Origin: Candidatus Aenigmatarchaeota archaeon | Lineage (GTDB): Archaea; Aenigmatarchaeota; Aenigmatarchaeia; QMZP01; QMZT01 | Assembly: GCA_026397315.1 (NCBI GenBank) | Contig: JAPLVC010000002.1 | Location: 59,994-123,993, forward strand | Direction of reading: 5' to 3' | DNA length: 64,000 nucleotides | In this document: positions 29,797 to 39,126 of the stretch, piece after piece | Position numbering within the stretch: the stretch's first letter is position 1 | How the letters are laid out: every line of letters starts with the position of its first letter | Notes under the pieces: model-generated | Databases searched by the model: none | Seen by the model: only the letters and a program-made list of their open reading frames with translations | What the model was told of the DNA's origin: nothing | Program-made: the position numbers and the translations under genes

Positions 29797-30546
29797 ATGG
29801 ATACGAAAATCCTGAACCAGCTGGGCATGGCAGATTCGGAAATAAGGGTCTATTTTGCCCTCCTCAAGCTGGAAACAAGCACGGTAGGCCCTATCATTGG
29901 TGAGGCAAAAGTCCCTGATTCAAAGATATATGCAATCCTCGAAAAACTGAAGGAAAAGGGTCTGGTGAGCTTCGTCATAAAAAACAACGTGAAACATTTC
30001 CAGGCGTCTGACCCTAAAAACCTTCTCAGAATCCTTGATGGCAAAGAACGGGAAATTCTTGAGCAGAAGAAAGAGCTTGAAGATAAAATCATCCCGCAAA
30101 TAGAACAAAAGAGAAAGCTCACCGAAGAAAAACAGGAAGCGACAGTTTATGAATATTTCGAAGGTCTGAAATCGGCGTTTAATCTTATTTTGAATGCACT
30201 GAATCCTGGAGAGGAATATCAGGCTTTCATGCTAGGAAAAGCATTGGAAGAGAAGCGGGTGATAAGATTTTTCAGGAATTATCACGCAAAAAGGATTGAA
30301 AAAGGAATCAAGGTAAGGCTTCTTTCCCAAAACATTTTCAAAGAGGTCATAAACAAATCGCACAAATATCAAGGCATGAAAATAAGGTTTTCGGATCAGA
30401 AACTTCCCGTCGGAGTTTTCATTTTCAGAAATCATGTCATGACCGTGATCTGGGAAGAAAAACCGACCGCTTTTGTCATAAAATCAAGGAAAAACTACGA
30501 GTATTACAAAGAATTTTTTGAAGATCTTTGGTTAGCATCAAAATAA
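29797..30546 (+). CDS. TrmB-family transcriptional regulator
   Basis: LGMADSEIRVYFALL..KIYAILEKLKEKGLV winged HTH; C-terminal effector domain ending FEDLW. Confidence 0.88.
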   Translation: MDTKILNQLGMADSEIRVYFALLKLETSTVGPIIGEAKVPDSKIYAILEKLKEKGLVSFVIKNNVKHFQASDPKNLLRILDGKEREILEQKKELEDKIIPQIEQKRKLTEEKQEATVYEYFEGLKSAFNLILNALNPGEEYQAFMLGKALEEKRVIRFFRNYHAKRIEKGIKVRLLSQNIFKEVINKSHKYQGMKIRFSDQKLPVGVFIFRNHVMTVIWEEKPTAFVIKSRKNYEYYKEFFEDLWLASK

Positions 30547-30552
30547 CGTTAG

Positions 30553-31125
30553 TTACTTGGCCAATTTCAGGACGACCTGCGCCACGTGCCTTCCGAGGTT
30601 TCTCGACGTCTCCTGACCTTCCGCGTCCTTGGCCGCGTCTCCATAGCTCGCGCCGCCGAAATGCATGGTTTTCTCGTCTCCCACGACGAGCATGCCCTGT
30701 ATCAGGAAGAAGTTATGAATCTGGCGGATGACCAGCTCCTGGCCGCCGTTGCGCGAGCCGCCCGTCGCTAGTGCGCCGCCGACCTTGTCCTTCAGTCGCT
30801 CGTTACGTCTTAGATAACGCGTCCTGTCCATGAACGCCTTGATCTGGGCGGAAACGCAGCCGAAATAGACCGGCGAGCCGATTATGACACCGTCCGCCTG
30901 TTCCAGTTTGTCGGCGACGGCCTGGAAATCGTCGTCTATGGCGCATCGTCCCTCTTTTCTGCAGCGCTCGCAGTCGACGCATGGTGCGATGTCCATCTTG
31001 CCTAGGTGAACCAGTTCCGTCTCAAGGCCGAGCTTTTTGCATTCTGCCAGCGCTAGCGTGACTAGCGTCTTGGTGTTGCGTTCCCTAGGCGAACCTACAA
31101 GGCCCAGAACTTTCATAGAAATCAT
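30553..31125 (-). CDS. Iron-sulfur flavoprotein (Isf / NADPH-dependent FMN reductase family)
   Basis: GSPR..NT, CxxCxxCxxxxxC, GSPVYFG, GGSRNGGQE. Confidence 0.9.
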   Translation of the reverse strand: MISMKVLGLVGSPRERNTKTLVTLALAECKKLGLETELVHLGKMDIAPCVDCERCRKEGRCAIDDDFQAVADKLEQADGVIIGSPVYFGCVSAQIKAFMDRTRYLRRNERLKDKVGGALATGGSRNGGQELVIRQIHNFFLIQGMLVVGDEKTMHFGGASYGDAAKDAEGQETSRNLGRHVAQVVLKLAK

Positions 31126-31143
31126 TTGGAACGGATATTAAAA

Positions 31144-32244
31144 TTATTTTTTTACCTTCGAGCCTGAAGTTGTGTATTTCCTCAGACTTTTGACAGAAAT
31201 CTTGGCGACGCTCCTGGCAAATTCGGATGCTTGGTTGCGTTTCTTTTTAGCGGCTTCTTTTTTCACTGTAGGTGCTTCCTTGTCTTCTTTTTTATCTTCC
31301 GTTTTCTCCTTTTCCGCAACCGCTTCCTTGATGTCTTCCGCTTCCTTTTTCACTCCCGTCGCTTCCGCGGGTTCTGCCTTGACGTCATTGCTTTCCGGCT
31401 CTGGCAGGAATTCCATCAGAACCTGCGGTATCTTTTCTATTATGTCCGTCGCCAGCAACGGGCGCTTCTCCTTTGCCGCAAGGTCTCCCGCGTATCCGCT
31501 GAGATACGCACCTGCGCAGCCTGCCTTGAAAGGTGGAATTTTCTGCGCCATAAGCGCGCCGCATATGCCTGTCAAGACGTCGCCGGTTCCGCCGACCGTC
31601 ATGAACGTGTTGCCGGTCTTGTTCATCGCCGTCTCGCGCCCATCTGAAATTATATCGATCGCTCCCTTCAGAAGGATGGTGACGCCTATCTTCCTGGCGT
31701 GCTTCCTGACCAGTTCCGCGCGGCTCATCACATCGTACTTGGGCTTGTCGCCTGTCATGCTAAAGAATTCGTAGGCGTGCGGTGTGAGAAGGAACTTGTC
31801 ATCAAGCGTGCCTTTTATCGCCTTTATGGCGTCGGCGTCGATTACACAGGGCTTCTTCACCCTGTCGACAAAGCCGGTGATGAACTTTTGCGTTTCTTTT
31901 TCAAGGCCCATGCCCGTGCCTATGACCACCGCATCGAATCCCTTCGCCAGCTCGAGCGCTTTTTTCAGATGATCGTGCCTGAAAAAATCGCCATCGAAAG
32001 GCACTGTTATAAGGTTCGGGGAATATTTGGCAGCCATGTCAGCCGCTCTCTCAGGAGCCGCGACAGTCACGAGATCGACGCCTGTTCTCAGCGCGGCCAT
32101 CGCTCCGTATGCCGCGAGCGCGGGCGAACCGGTGTATATTTTCGAGCCGCCGATGACCAGCAGCTTTCCGAAGTCGCCTTTATGGCTCCATTTGGCGCGT
32201 TCCCTGAAAACTTCATTCAGAATCGAGGCGTCGACTGTAATCAT
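31144..32244 (-). CDS. nnrD: ADP-dependent NAD(P)H-hydrate dehydratase with a charged C-terminal extension
   Basis: SHKGDFG..GGS..YTGSP, DADA, LTPH..EF, GGTGDVLTG. Confidence 0.92.
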   Translation of the reverse strand: MITVDASILNEVFRERAKWSHKGDFGKLLVIGGSKIYTGSPALAAYGAMAALRTGVDLVTVAAPERAADMAAKYSPNLITVPFDGDFFRHDHLKKALELAKGFDAVVIGTGMGLEKETQKFITGFVDRVKKPCVIDADAIKAIKGTLDDKFLLTPHAYEFFSMTGDKPKYDVMSRAELVRKHARKIGVTILLKGAIDIISDGRETAMNKTGNTFMTVGGTGDVLTGICGALMAQKIPPFKAGCAGAYLSGYAGDLAAKEKRPLLATDIIEKIPQVLMEFLPEPESNDVKAEPAEATGVKKEAEDIKEAVAEKEKTEDKKEDKEAPTVKKEAAKKKRNQASEFARSVAKISVKSLRKYTTSGSKVKK

Positions 32245-32330
32245 GCCTATCTCTTGCTTTTCATATTAATAAAAATGATAGAAAAATGCAAAGTATCTTG
32301 GCGCGAGACTACTTCCTGACTTCCAAGCTT

Positions 32331-32420
32331 TCACACCTTGCCGCCTTTGTGCTGCATCGGATATTTCGTCCGCCTTGACAGACGCTTCGCGTCAAGTTTT
32401 TTATTTGTTTTTTTGCCCAT
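32331..32420 (-). CDS. Basic micro-protein (29 aa, MGKKTNKKLDAKRLSRRTKYPMQHKGGKV)
   Basis: GGAGTGA SD 5 nt before ATG, 17 nt after the gap stop; not in the ORF track. Confidence 0.55.
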   Translation of the reverse strand: MGKKTNKKLDAKRLSRRTKYPMQHKGGKV

Positions 32421-32437
32421 GCTTATCACTCCCTCGC

Positions 32438-33490
32438 TTATTTTTTTCCGAACATCTCGGTGACGTCTAGTAGTCGATTCGAATAGCCGCGCTCGTTGTC
32501 ATACCAGGACCACACGACTATCTGTTTCCCATCGATTACGTTGGTCAGCGGCTTGTCGATGATGCCGGATTCGCTGCGCCCGATTATGTAGGACGAAACG
32601 ATTTCCTTGTCCGTGCATGCCAGAACGCCTTTCAGCGACGAGTTGCATTCTTTATCGATAATTTTGTTCACCTCGTCGCGAGTCGTCGTTTTCCTGACGT
32701 CCGCGATGAGCCCGACTATCGAGCCGGTCATCGCCCCGGGGACGCGCATCGAGACGGCATCAATCTTGCCCTTCAGTTCGGGAATGATCTTGGCGACGGC
32801 CTTCGCGGCGCCCGTAGAAGTGGGTATTATGTTATTGATGAGAGAGCGCGCCCTGCGTATGTCCTTGTGGCTGCCGTCGAGAATGTTCTGGTCCTCAGTC
32901 GGGGCGTGAACGGTTATGACATAACCCCTTTCTATGCCCCAGTTGTCGTTCACGATTTTGGTCACGGCCGCGATGGCGTTCGTCGTGCACGAGGCGCAGT
33001 CGATTACAGTCTCGTTTGCTGGTATGTCCTGCCTGACCCCCATAACTATCGACGTAGTCACGTCTTCCTTGCCCGGCGCGGAGATTATGACCTTGCGCGC
33101 GCCGGCCTTTATGTGACCTTCCACTTCTTTGCGCTTCCTGAACGCGCCGGTGGATTCGATGACTATGTCTACCGCGTGCTTCTTCCATGGTAAAGTCGAA
33201 AGGTCGCCGCGGTTGTTGTAAAGATGAATCCTCTGTCCCAGGACATTGACCCATGCGGTGCCGTCGGTTTCTCTCCCGAAAGGCACGCTTTCGAAATGAT
33301 GGCCGTGCGTCGAGTCGAATTTCAAAAGTTCAGTGAAGAATTCGACGTTCTTGTCTTCTTCGACTCCTCGCACGCCGTTTATGGCGACTATTTCAATATC
33401 CGTTTTACCGTGTTTCTTCCTGTCGGCCCAGGACCATATGAAATTCCTGCCAATTCTGCCCGGACCGTTAACCGCGACTTTGATTGCCAT
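32438..33490 (-). CDS. gap: Glyceraldehyde-3-phosphate dehydrogenase, type I (bacterial-type)
   Basis: NGPGRIGR, ESTG, ASCTTN, PTSTGAAKA, WYDNE. Confidence 0.95.
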   Translation of the reverse strand: MAIKVAVNGPGRIGRNFIWSWADRKKHGKTDIEIVAINGVRGVEEDKNVEFFTELLKFDSTHGHHFESVPFGRETDGTAWVNVLGQRIHLYNNRGDLSTLPWKKHAVDIVIESTGAFRKRKEVEGHIKAGARKVIISAPGKEDVTTSIVMGVRQDIPANETVIDCASCTTNAIAAVTKIVNDNWGIERGYVITVHAPTEDQNILDGSHKDIRRARSLINNIIPTSTGAAKAVAKIIPELKGKIDAVSMRVPGAMTGSIVGLIADVRKTTTRDEVNKIIDKECNSSLKGVLACTDKEIVSSYIIGRSESGIIDKPLTNVIDGKQIVVWSWYDNERGYSNRLLDVTEMFGKK

Positions 33491-33500
33491 AACCCACCCC

Positions 33501-34709
33501 TCACTCAACCTTCTTTTTAATAGCATGACTGTGTATCTCGTACGAGTGCTTCAGCGCCTCGATACCGGGGAACGAGTCTTTCGTTATGAAGTCCGCGAAA
33601 GCGCCGCCGCCCGTTGAAAGATGTGTCATCTTCTCCACCATGTTCAATCGCTTCATAGCCGATATGCTGTCGCCGCCGCCGACTAACGTTTTAGCGTCAA
33701 GCCCTGCCATGAAGCTAGCGATGTAAAGCGTGCCTTTCTCGTACGGTTTCTTCTCGAAGAAGCCGAGCGGCCCGGTCCAGACGACCGTTTTCGCCGGCCT
33801 GAGCACATTCTTGTAGTGCACTATCGTCTCTGGTCCGATGTCGAGGATTTTCATGCCTTTCCTGACCTCGGATATCGGCAGGTTCTCGGGCTCGCCGCGT
33901 ATCTCGACCATCACGTCCTGCGGGAGCATTATCTTGTCGCCGCAGCTCTTGAGTATGCCTTCCGCTCGCGTTACGAGCGCCTCGTCGCATTTGGAATCGC
34001 CTATCTCATATCCGGCAGCCTTGAGAAACGTGTTGCCTATGATGCCGCCCATGAGTATGCGGTCGACCTTCGGCAGCAGGCTCTCGATGCAGAGCATCTT
34101 GTCCTCCTTGGCGCCGCCTATTATGGCGACGTAAGGCCTGTCCGGGTTTTTCACGATGCTGTTTATCATGTTGACTTCCCTCAGAAAGCTCAGGCCGCAG
34201 CAGCTGGGCATGTATTTCGGGATGCCGGTTATGGATGCGTGGCTTCTGTGCGACGCCGCGAACGCCTCGTTGACGTATATGTCGCCGAGCCTCGCGAGCT
34301 TTTTGGCGAATTCGTCGCGTGTCGCTTCGTTCTTCTCGGTTTCCTCGCCGTAGAACCTTATGTTTTCCAGCAGCACGATGTCCCCGGGCTTCATCTTCTT
34401 GACGCACATCTCGACGTCGTCGCCCGAGCAGTAGTCCAACTTTTTGACAGGCACGCCGATTATGTCGGACAAACGCTCGGCTACGACGTCCATTTTCAAA
34501 TGTTCTTCCCTGCTCTTGGGTCTTCCGAGATGAGAAATGAGAACGATCTTACCGCCATTATTGAGAATATAATATATCGTCTTGAGCGTCGTGCTTATGC
34601 GCGTGTGGTCCGTCACCCTGCCATTCTCGTCGAGCGGCAGGTTGTAATCGACCCTCATGATTACAGTCTTGCCTTCAACGTCCAGGTCCCTTATCGATGG
34701 GATTTCCAT
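33501..34709 (-). CDS. pgk: Phosphoglycerate kinase
   Basis: RVDYNLP, SHLGRP, LLENIRF, DIGP, GGGDS, STGGGA. Confidence 0.96.
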   Translation of the reverse strand: MEIPSIRDLDVEGKTVIMRVDYNLPLDENGRVTDHTRISTTLKTIYYILNNGGKIVLISHLGRPKSREEHLKMDVVAERLSDIIGVPVKKLDYCSGDDVEMCVKKMKPGDIVLLENIRFYGEETEKNEATRDEFAKKLARLGDIYVNEAFAASHRSHASITGIPKYMPSCCGLSFLREVNMINSIVKNPDRPYVAIIGGAKEDKMLCIESLLPKVDRILMGGIIGNTFLKAAGYEIGDSKCDEALVTRAEGILKSCGDKIMLPQDVMVEIRGEPENLPISEVRKGMKILDIGPETIVHYKNVLRPAKTVVWTGPLGFFEKKPYEKGTLYIASFMAGLDAKTLVGGGDSISAMKRLNMVEKMTHLSTGGGAFADFITKDSFPGIEALKHSYEIHSHAIKKKVE

Positions 34710-34821
34710 GCAAAAGCACCGTTCCTAAAAGGTATGATGATGTAATATATCGTATGAAGATTTTTAAGCTTTGCGCCATGACGCATACCCGTCATCGCCG
34801 CCGAAGCGGGATGGATAGTCT

Positions 34822-35571
34822 TTATTGTGATATCTCGACTTTTATGTGTTTCTTTTCAGGCCTGGCCCTCTTTATGTAAATGAACTGCAAATCGCTGGTC
34901 ACGCCGCAGTCCTGCAGGCCGGCGCATTTGACCAGCGCTTCTGCTTCACTCTTTTTATACGACGCCATGAATGAATGCTTCAGTTCGCTGTAAACCATGT
35001 CCTTTTTCAGCAGATGGGTTATCGTCTTTACAAAGGGAATCATGGCTCCGAAGGCGTCGCGTCTCAAATCGCCGATGAGAATGACGCCGTTCGCTTTCGT
35101 CACGCGCTCAATTTCGTTCAGTACCTGCACAGGGTTCTCCCAGTGGTGCATGTCGAAGCCGCTCACTACCAGGTCGAACGAGTGATCTGCGAAGGGCAGC
35201 GATTCCTGCTTACCGAGCGCCCATCTTATTTTTTCCTCGACCATGTCTTTCTCTGCGAATTTCTTGCCCGTGTTCATGAACCTGCGGCTGTCCTGGAAGC
35301 AGGTTATGTCAAAATCAAAATCCTGTTTCGCCAGCGAAATCGCACACAGGCCGAACTGCGTGCCCAAGTCAAGCGCTTTCCCGCTCCTGACTCCGAGGTC
35401 CAGCGAGGAAAATACGAGGTTTTCGTAGAAATGGCTGAGCTTCTCGCTAGCGACTCTGGCGTAGTCGTCTGCGTTGTCCACCCTGAGAGCGATGTCTACA
35501 AGCCTGTCCTTTGTCGTGTCGAGTATTATCCTTTCGGCTTCTTTACTTAATGCCAAGCTTTTTTCTCGCAT
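34822..35571 (-). CDS. Class I SAM-dependent methyltransferase
   Basis: ALDLGT, LPFADHSFDLVVS..MHHW..LNEIERV; overlaps the upstream gene. Confidence 0.8.
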   Translation of the reverse strand: MREKSLALSKEAERIILDTTKDRLVDIALRVDNADDYARVASEKLSHFYENLVFSSLDLGVRSGKALDLGTQFGLCAISLAKQDFDFDITCFQDSRRFMNTGKKFAEKDMVEEKIRWALGKQESLPFADHSFDLVVSGFDMHHWENPVQVLNEIERVTKANGVILIGDLRRDAFGAMIPFVKTITHLLKKDMVYSELKHSFMASYKKSEAEALVKCAGLQDCGVTSDLQFIYIKRARPEKKHIKVEISQ

Positions 35572-35899
35572 CTTGCGTCATCCTTTCGGGCGTCCACGGC
35601 GGATCGAAAACTAATTCGACGTTGACTTTCACGTCTCCGAAAGCCATCTTTAGCGCGGATTCGACTTCGTGAGTGAACATGGAATGCATCGGGCAGCCGG
35701 GATTCGTGAGCGTCATGCGCACATGCACGTCTTTCCCCTTTACGTCGACGCCGTAGATGAAGCCCAGGTCGACTATGTCCATCCCTATCTCGGGATCTAT
35801 GACGTTTTTCAGGACTTTAAGCACGCTTTCTTTCGTGATGGCGGAAGCGTTTTTCTTTGCCGCAGGACTCTTAGAAACCTTTTCCGCAGCTTTCTTCAT
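35543..35899 (-). CDS. Fe-S cluster assembly factor (DUF59/SufT/MIP18 family)
   Basis: DPEIGMDIVDLG, MTLTNPGCP, VFDPPWTP. Confidence 0.93.
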   Translation of the reverse strand: MKKAAEKVSKSPAAKKNASAITKESVLKVLKNVIDPEIGMDIVDLGFIYGVDVKGKDVHVRMTLTNPGCPMHSMFTHEVESALKMAFGDVKVNVELVFDPPWTPERMTQDARKKLGIK

Positions 35900-36086
35900 G
35901 ACAACACCCCAAAACGTGTTATCTTAAATCTTTGTGCCGCGACTTTTTATATTTGCGGAAAGGTTCGCTTTCCGAACATTCGCTAGCGTCGTCCGCGGAA
36001 GCGATTCCAATCTTAATAAACTTGCGACTATATTAATAATAAACATGAAGAGCGCGCGCTAAGGGCGCTCCGAATGTTGATGGCCA

Positions 36087-36803
36087 ATGCTGGACGAAAA
36101 CAAAATTCTTGATTTTATCAAATCCGATTACACGTGGGAGCAGATAATATACGAGGTCATAGCATGGGAAGGCCTCGACCCGTGGGACCTCGACGTCTGC
36201 AAGCTGTCGAGCGGCTTCATGACTTACCTTAGGAAAATGAAGGAAATGGACTTCCGTTTCCCAGCGAAATACATCATGGTCGCCGCGATTCTTCTTAAAA
36301 TGAAGTCAGACTATCTCCGCCAGTTCAAGGAGCAGGTAACAGGCGAAGCGGAACAGCAGATGCAGGAAGCGCTGCAGCCGGACGCGGTCGCTAGCGACGC
36401 TTTCGTGTTCGACCCGCTCAGCATGCCGCCGCGCAGGGAGCCCGTGCGAGGCATAGTGATCACAGAGCTGGTGAACGCCCTGAAAAAGGTGCTCAATGCG
36501 CACGACAGGCGCGTCTACAGGGAGGAGAAGCTCCGCAGGGACGTGCAGGTCTCCGATGAGAAAAACATAAACGAGAGGATAAAAATGCTTTACGCTAAGC
36601 TCAATTCATTGCTGGCGCGCGTCAGGAACGAAGAGGTCGAGTTCTCGAAAATAGTCGGCGAATGGGATCGGGAGAATGTAGTCAACAGCTTCGTGCCCCT
36701 CATCCACCTCGAACAGCAGAAGAGGGTCGCTGCCCGCCAGGAAGAGATGTTCGATGAAATATGGGTAAGCAAGAGGAACGACAAGCTTGCTAAGAAGGGG
36801 TAG
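36087..36803 (+). CDS. scpA: Segregation and condensation protein A (kleisin)
   Basis: LDPWDLDV, AAILLKMKS, C-terminal FVPLIHL..QEEMFDEI. Confidence 0.88.
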   Translation: MLDENKILDFIKSDYTWEQIIYEVIAWEGLDPWDLDVCKLSSGFMTYLRKMKEMDFRFPAKYIMVAAILLKMKSDYLRQFKEQVTGEAEQQMQEALQPDAVASDAFVFDPLSMPPRREPVRGIVITELVNALKKVLNAHDRRVYREEKLRRDVQVSDEKNINERIKMLYAKLNSLLARVRNEEVEFSKIVGEWDRENVVNSFVPLIHLEQQKRVAARQEEMFDEIWVSKRNDKLAKKG

Positions 36804-36806
36804 GCG

Positions 36807-38927
36807 ATGAAAGGCCTCAAGCCCATTGCTTTTTTTGCACTGATTGCGATTATTTCAGTCTCGCTTTTCCAGAGCGCCTTGGCTGCAGGCATAGAGGACA
36901 ACGTCCTCAAGAACCCTGCTAACGTTAACGAACTCGTGGTAAACATCACGCAGTCCGGCACCATCATAACCGACGGCCAGCCGACCAAGATAACCGTCAG
37001 CATGAACATCCCGCAGGACGACGACAGGCAGGACGTCTCCATGGACGTCACGCGCATTAGGGACGAACTGGGGACAGACTTAGGTATTATAGAGCAGGCA
37101 AGCCCGGGAAACAGGTTCTCTTACAGCATCGAAGGCGTCGTCAAGTCGAGGGCGAGCCATCTCACTTCGTTGCCAGCGTCGTATTCGATACCGAACGACG
37201 TCAAGGCCTACATGCAGCCCACGAAAAACATCCAGTCCGGCGACGCCAGCATAAAGAGCCTCGCCCTGGAAATCACCAAAGACTCAAAGGACGATTTCGA
37301 GCGCGTCGCGAAGCTGGCCATGTGGGTGCACGACCATCTCGATTATGACCTTTCATATTCGGGCAGGAATCTCGATGCTTTGTCAGTCCTTGCAGGCAGG
37401 CGCGGCGTATGTTCGGAATATACGACGTTGTTCATTGCCTTCGCGCGCTCGATGGGCATACCCGCGAAATTCGTGTCCGGCTATTCATACGGCGAGCGGG
37501 GATGGGAGCGCCATGCGTATTCGGAAGTTTATCTCGGCAAATGGGTGCCAGTTGATGCGTTATGGCTCGAAATCGGATACATGGATGCGACGCACATAAA
37601 GTTCGGCAGCCATCTCGACAGCGTTGTCAAGAACAACGTCGAAATCACCGGCTACAACGTCAACAGCATAAACTGGGCCGATGACGACGTGGTCTTATCC
37701 ACCATAACTTATTCTCCCGTCGCTAGGGAGGACGCGTACAACCTCACAATATCCGGCCAGAACTTCAGGCGCGGCGACGAGGGCGTCGTCTCGCTCACGC
37801 TGGTGCCGACGGAATTCATAGTGGGCAGCATCGTACTGGAGCCGTGCGCTGGCGATTACAGCGTCGTCGACGTGATAGACAAACAGCAGAACGTCATCCT
37901 CAGGCCAGGCGTCAGGGAGCAGGTCTACTGGAAGATTAAAATCAGCGAAGACCTGCCCAATAACCTTTTGTTTACCTGTCCGCTCACTCTCAATTCAAGA
38001 TCGCTAGCTCTGCGCACGACGGACGCGTTCGTGAACACCCAATACCCGTCGCGCGGGACGCGCAGCCTTTCGGCGCATGTCGCTTCCAGCATGGTCGAGC
38101 TGGGCGACGAGCAGAAAGTCTACATAACGGTCAAGGACCTGGCGAAAGACGCGAAAGTCGGCGTTATAGCGGGCGACGCGCAAGAGGAATGGAGCATCGA
38201 CGGCGATTTCCAGACTTTCTTCACGTTCAAGCCAAAAGAACTGGGCGAGAAGGAAGTGGTGGTTTACCTTTCGGAAGGCGAGCTCGTCTCACTCAAATAC
38301 ACGGTCACCAGCCAGATGCAGGTCACACTCGACGACGTGACCGTGCCTGCGTACCTTAAAGTCGGCGAGAAGAAAAACGTTTCCGCCTTCATAGTCAACC
38401 ACGGCTCAAGCGAGGAAAGCGTGCACATGAACATCAACATCGACGGCACGGACAACTTCGCGAGCTTCATGTTAAAGACTAAATATTTCGTATCGCTCCC
38501 AGTGTCATTCAGCGAGAAAGGCGCCAAGACCATTCTCTTTGAGGCGTCGGTGGCGGGAATGAACATATCGGAGGCGCATGTCATAGAGGTTTACGAAGAG
38601 CCGGTCATAGTTTACGACACTGACTACAGCGACGGCAAGGCGATCCTGAAGCTCGACGTGCGCAATTCAAAGGCCAAAAATATTTCGATAACGATAGCAG
38701 GGCAGGAGAAGAAGCTGGTCGAGGCGTTCGGCAAAACGTCAGTCGAATTCGCGCTCGCGCCCGGTCAATACCAGATGGAGATCAACTGCTACGACGTCGC
38801 CGGCAATCGATACGTTACGCCTGCGACCATCGAATTCCGCGAGAAGAACTTCTTCGAGCAGCTGCTAGCGTTGCTAAATGAAATGATAGCGCCTCTATTT
38901 TCACTTTTTAACAAGGCCGTGCAGTGA
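36807..38927 (+). CDS. Secreted/surface transglutaminase-like protein
   Basis: Signal peptide; GVCSEY..ARSMGIPAKFVSG, HAYSEVY, WVPVD triad; beta-rich C-terminal domains. Confidence 0.85.
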   Translation: MKGLKPIAFFALIAIISVSLFQSALAAGIEDNVLKNPANVNELVVNITQSGTIITDGQPTKITVSMNIPQDDDRQDVSMDVTRIRDELGTDLGIIEQASPGNRFSYSIEGVVKSRASHLTSLPASYSIPNDVKAYMQPTKNIQSGDASIKSLALEITKDSKDDFERVAKLAMWVHDHLDYDLSYSGRNLDALSVLAGRRGVCSEYTTLFIAFARSMGIPAKFVSGYSYGERGWERHAYSEVYLGKWVPVDALWLEIGYMDATHIKFGSHLDSVVKNNVEITGYNVNSINWADDDVVLSTITYSPVAREDAYNLTISGQNFRRGDEGVVSLTLVPTEFIVGSIVLEPCAGDYSVVDVIDKQQNVILRPGVREQVYWKIKISEDLPNNLLFTCPLTLNSRSLALRTTDAFVNTQYPSRGTRSLSAHVASSMVELGDEQKVYITVKDLAKDAKVGVIAGDAQEEWSIDGDFQTFFTFKPKELGEKEVVVYLSEGELVSLKYTVTSQMQVTLDDVTVPAYLKVGEKKNVSAFIVNHGSSEESVHMNINIDGTDNFASFMLKTKYFVSLPVSFSEKGAKTILFEASVAGMNISEAHVIEVYEEPVIVYDTDYSDGKAILKLDVRNSKAKNISITIAGQEKKLVEAFGKTSVEFALAPGQYQMEINCYDVAGNRYVTPATIEFREKNFFEQLLALLNEMIAPLFSLFNKAVQ

Positions 38928-38981
38928 AAAGTTTAGTTTCTGAACCGCATGGTATTTAAGGCGGAAACTGAATAAATTTTC

Positions 38982-39035
38982 ATGGTCAAAAAGAAAAGCG
39001 CAAAGAAGAAAGAATCCGGTTGCTCGTGCTGTTAA
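38982..39035 (+). CDS. Leaderless polycysteine leader peptide 1 (MVKKKSAKKKESGCSCC)
   Basis: TTTAAG at 38955, 27 nt before ATG; 3 Cys in the last 4 codons; upstream of cysteine synthase. Confidence 0.75.
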   Translation: MVKKKSAKKKESGCSCC

Positions 39036-39046
39036 GTTCCTAGCGC

Positions 39047-39080
39047 AACCGGGCCACCGGTTTATTCTTAGTTTTTTTAG
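39047..39080 (+). terminator. Hairpin plus T-tract after leader 1 (putative attenuator)
   Basis: AACCGG-gcca-CCGGTT followed by TATTCTTAGTTTTTTT. Confidence 0.55.
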
Positions 39081-39126
39081 TTCCTAGAGGTAGTTCCACT
39101 TTTAAAGCTTGCTCCCAAGTATGCTT

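Noticed and set aside
36045-36070. 5-codon uORF MKSAR* with GAGCGC/GCGCTC hairpin before scpA
   Set aside because: Too short to distinguish from chance; no regulatory logic evident.
38982-39035. Polybasic plus C-terminal CC peptide resembling a Ras/Rab prenylation signal or metallothionein fragment
   Set aside because: Position before cysteine synthase and the parallel second Cys-ending uORF favour a leader-peptide role; no prenyltransferase evidence. A metal-binding role is not strictly excluded.
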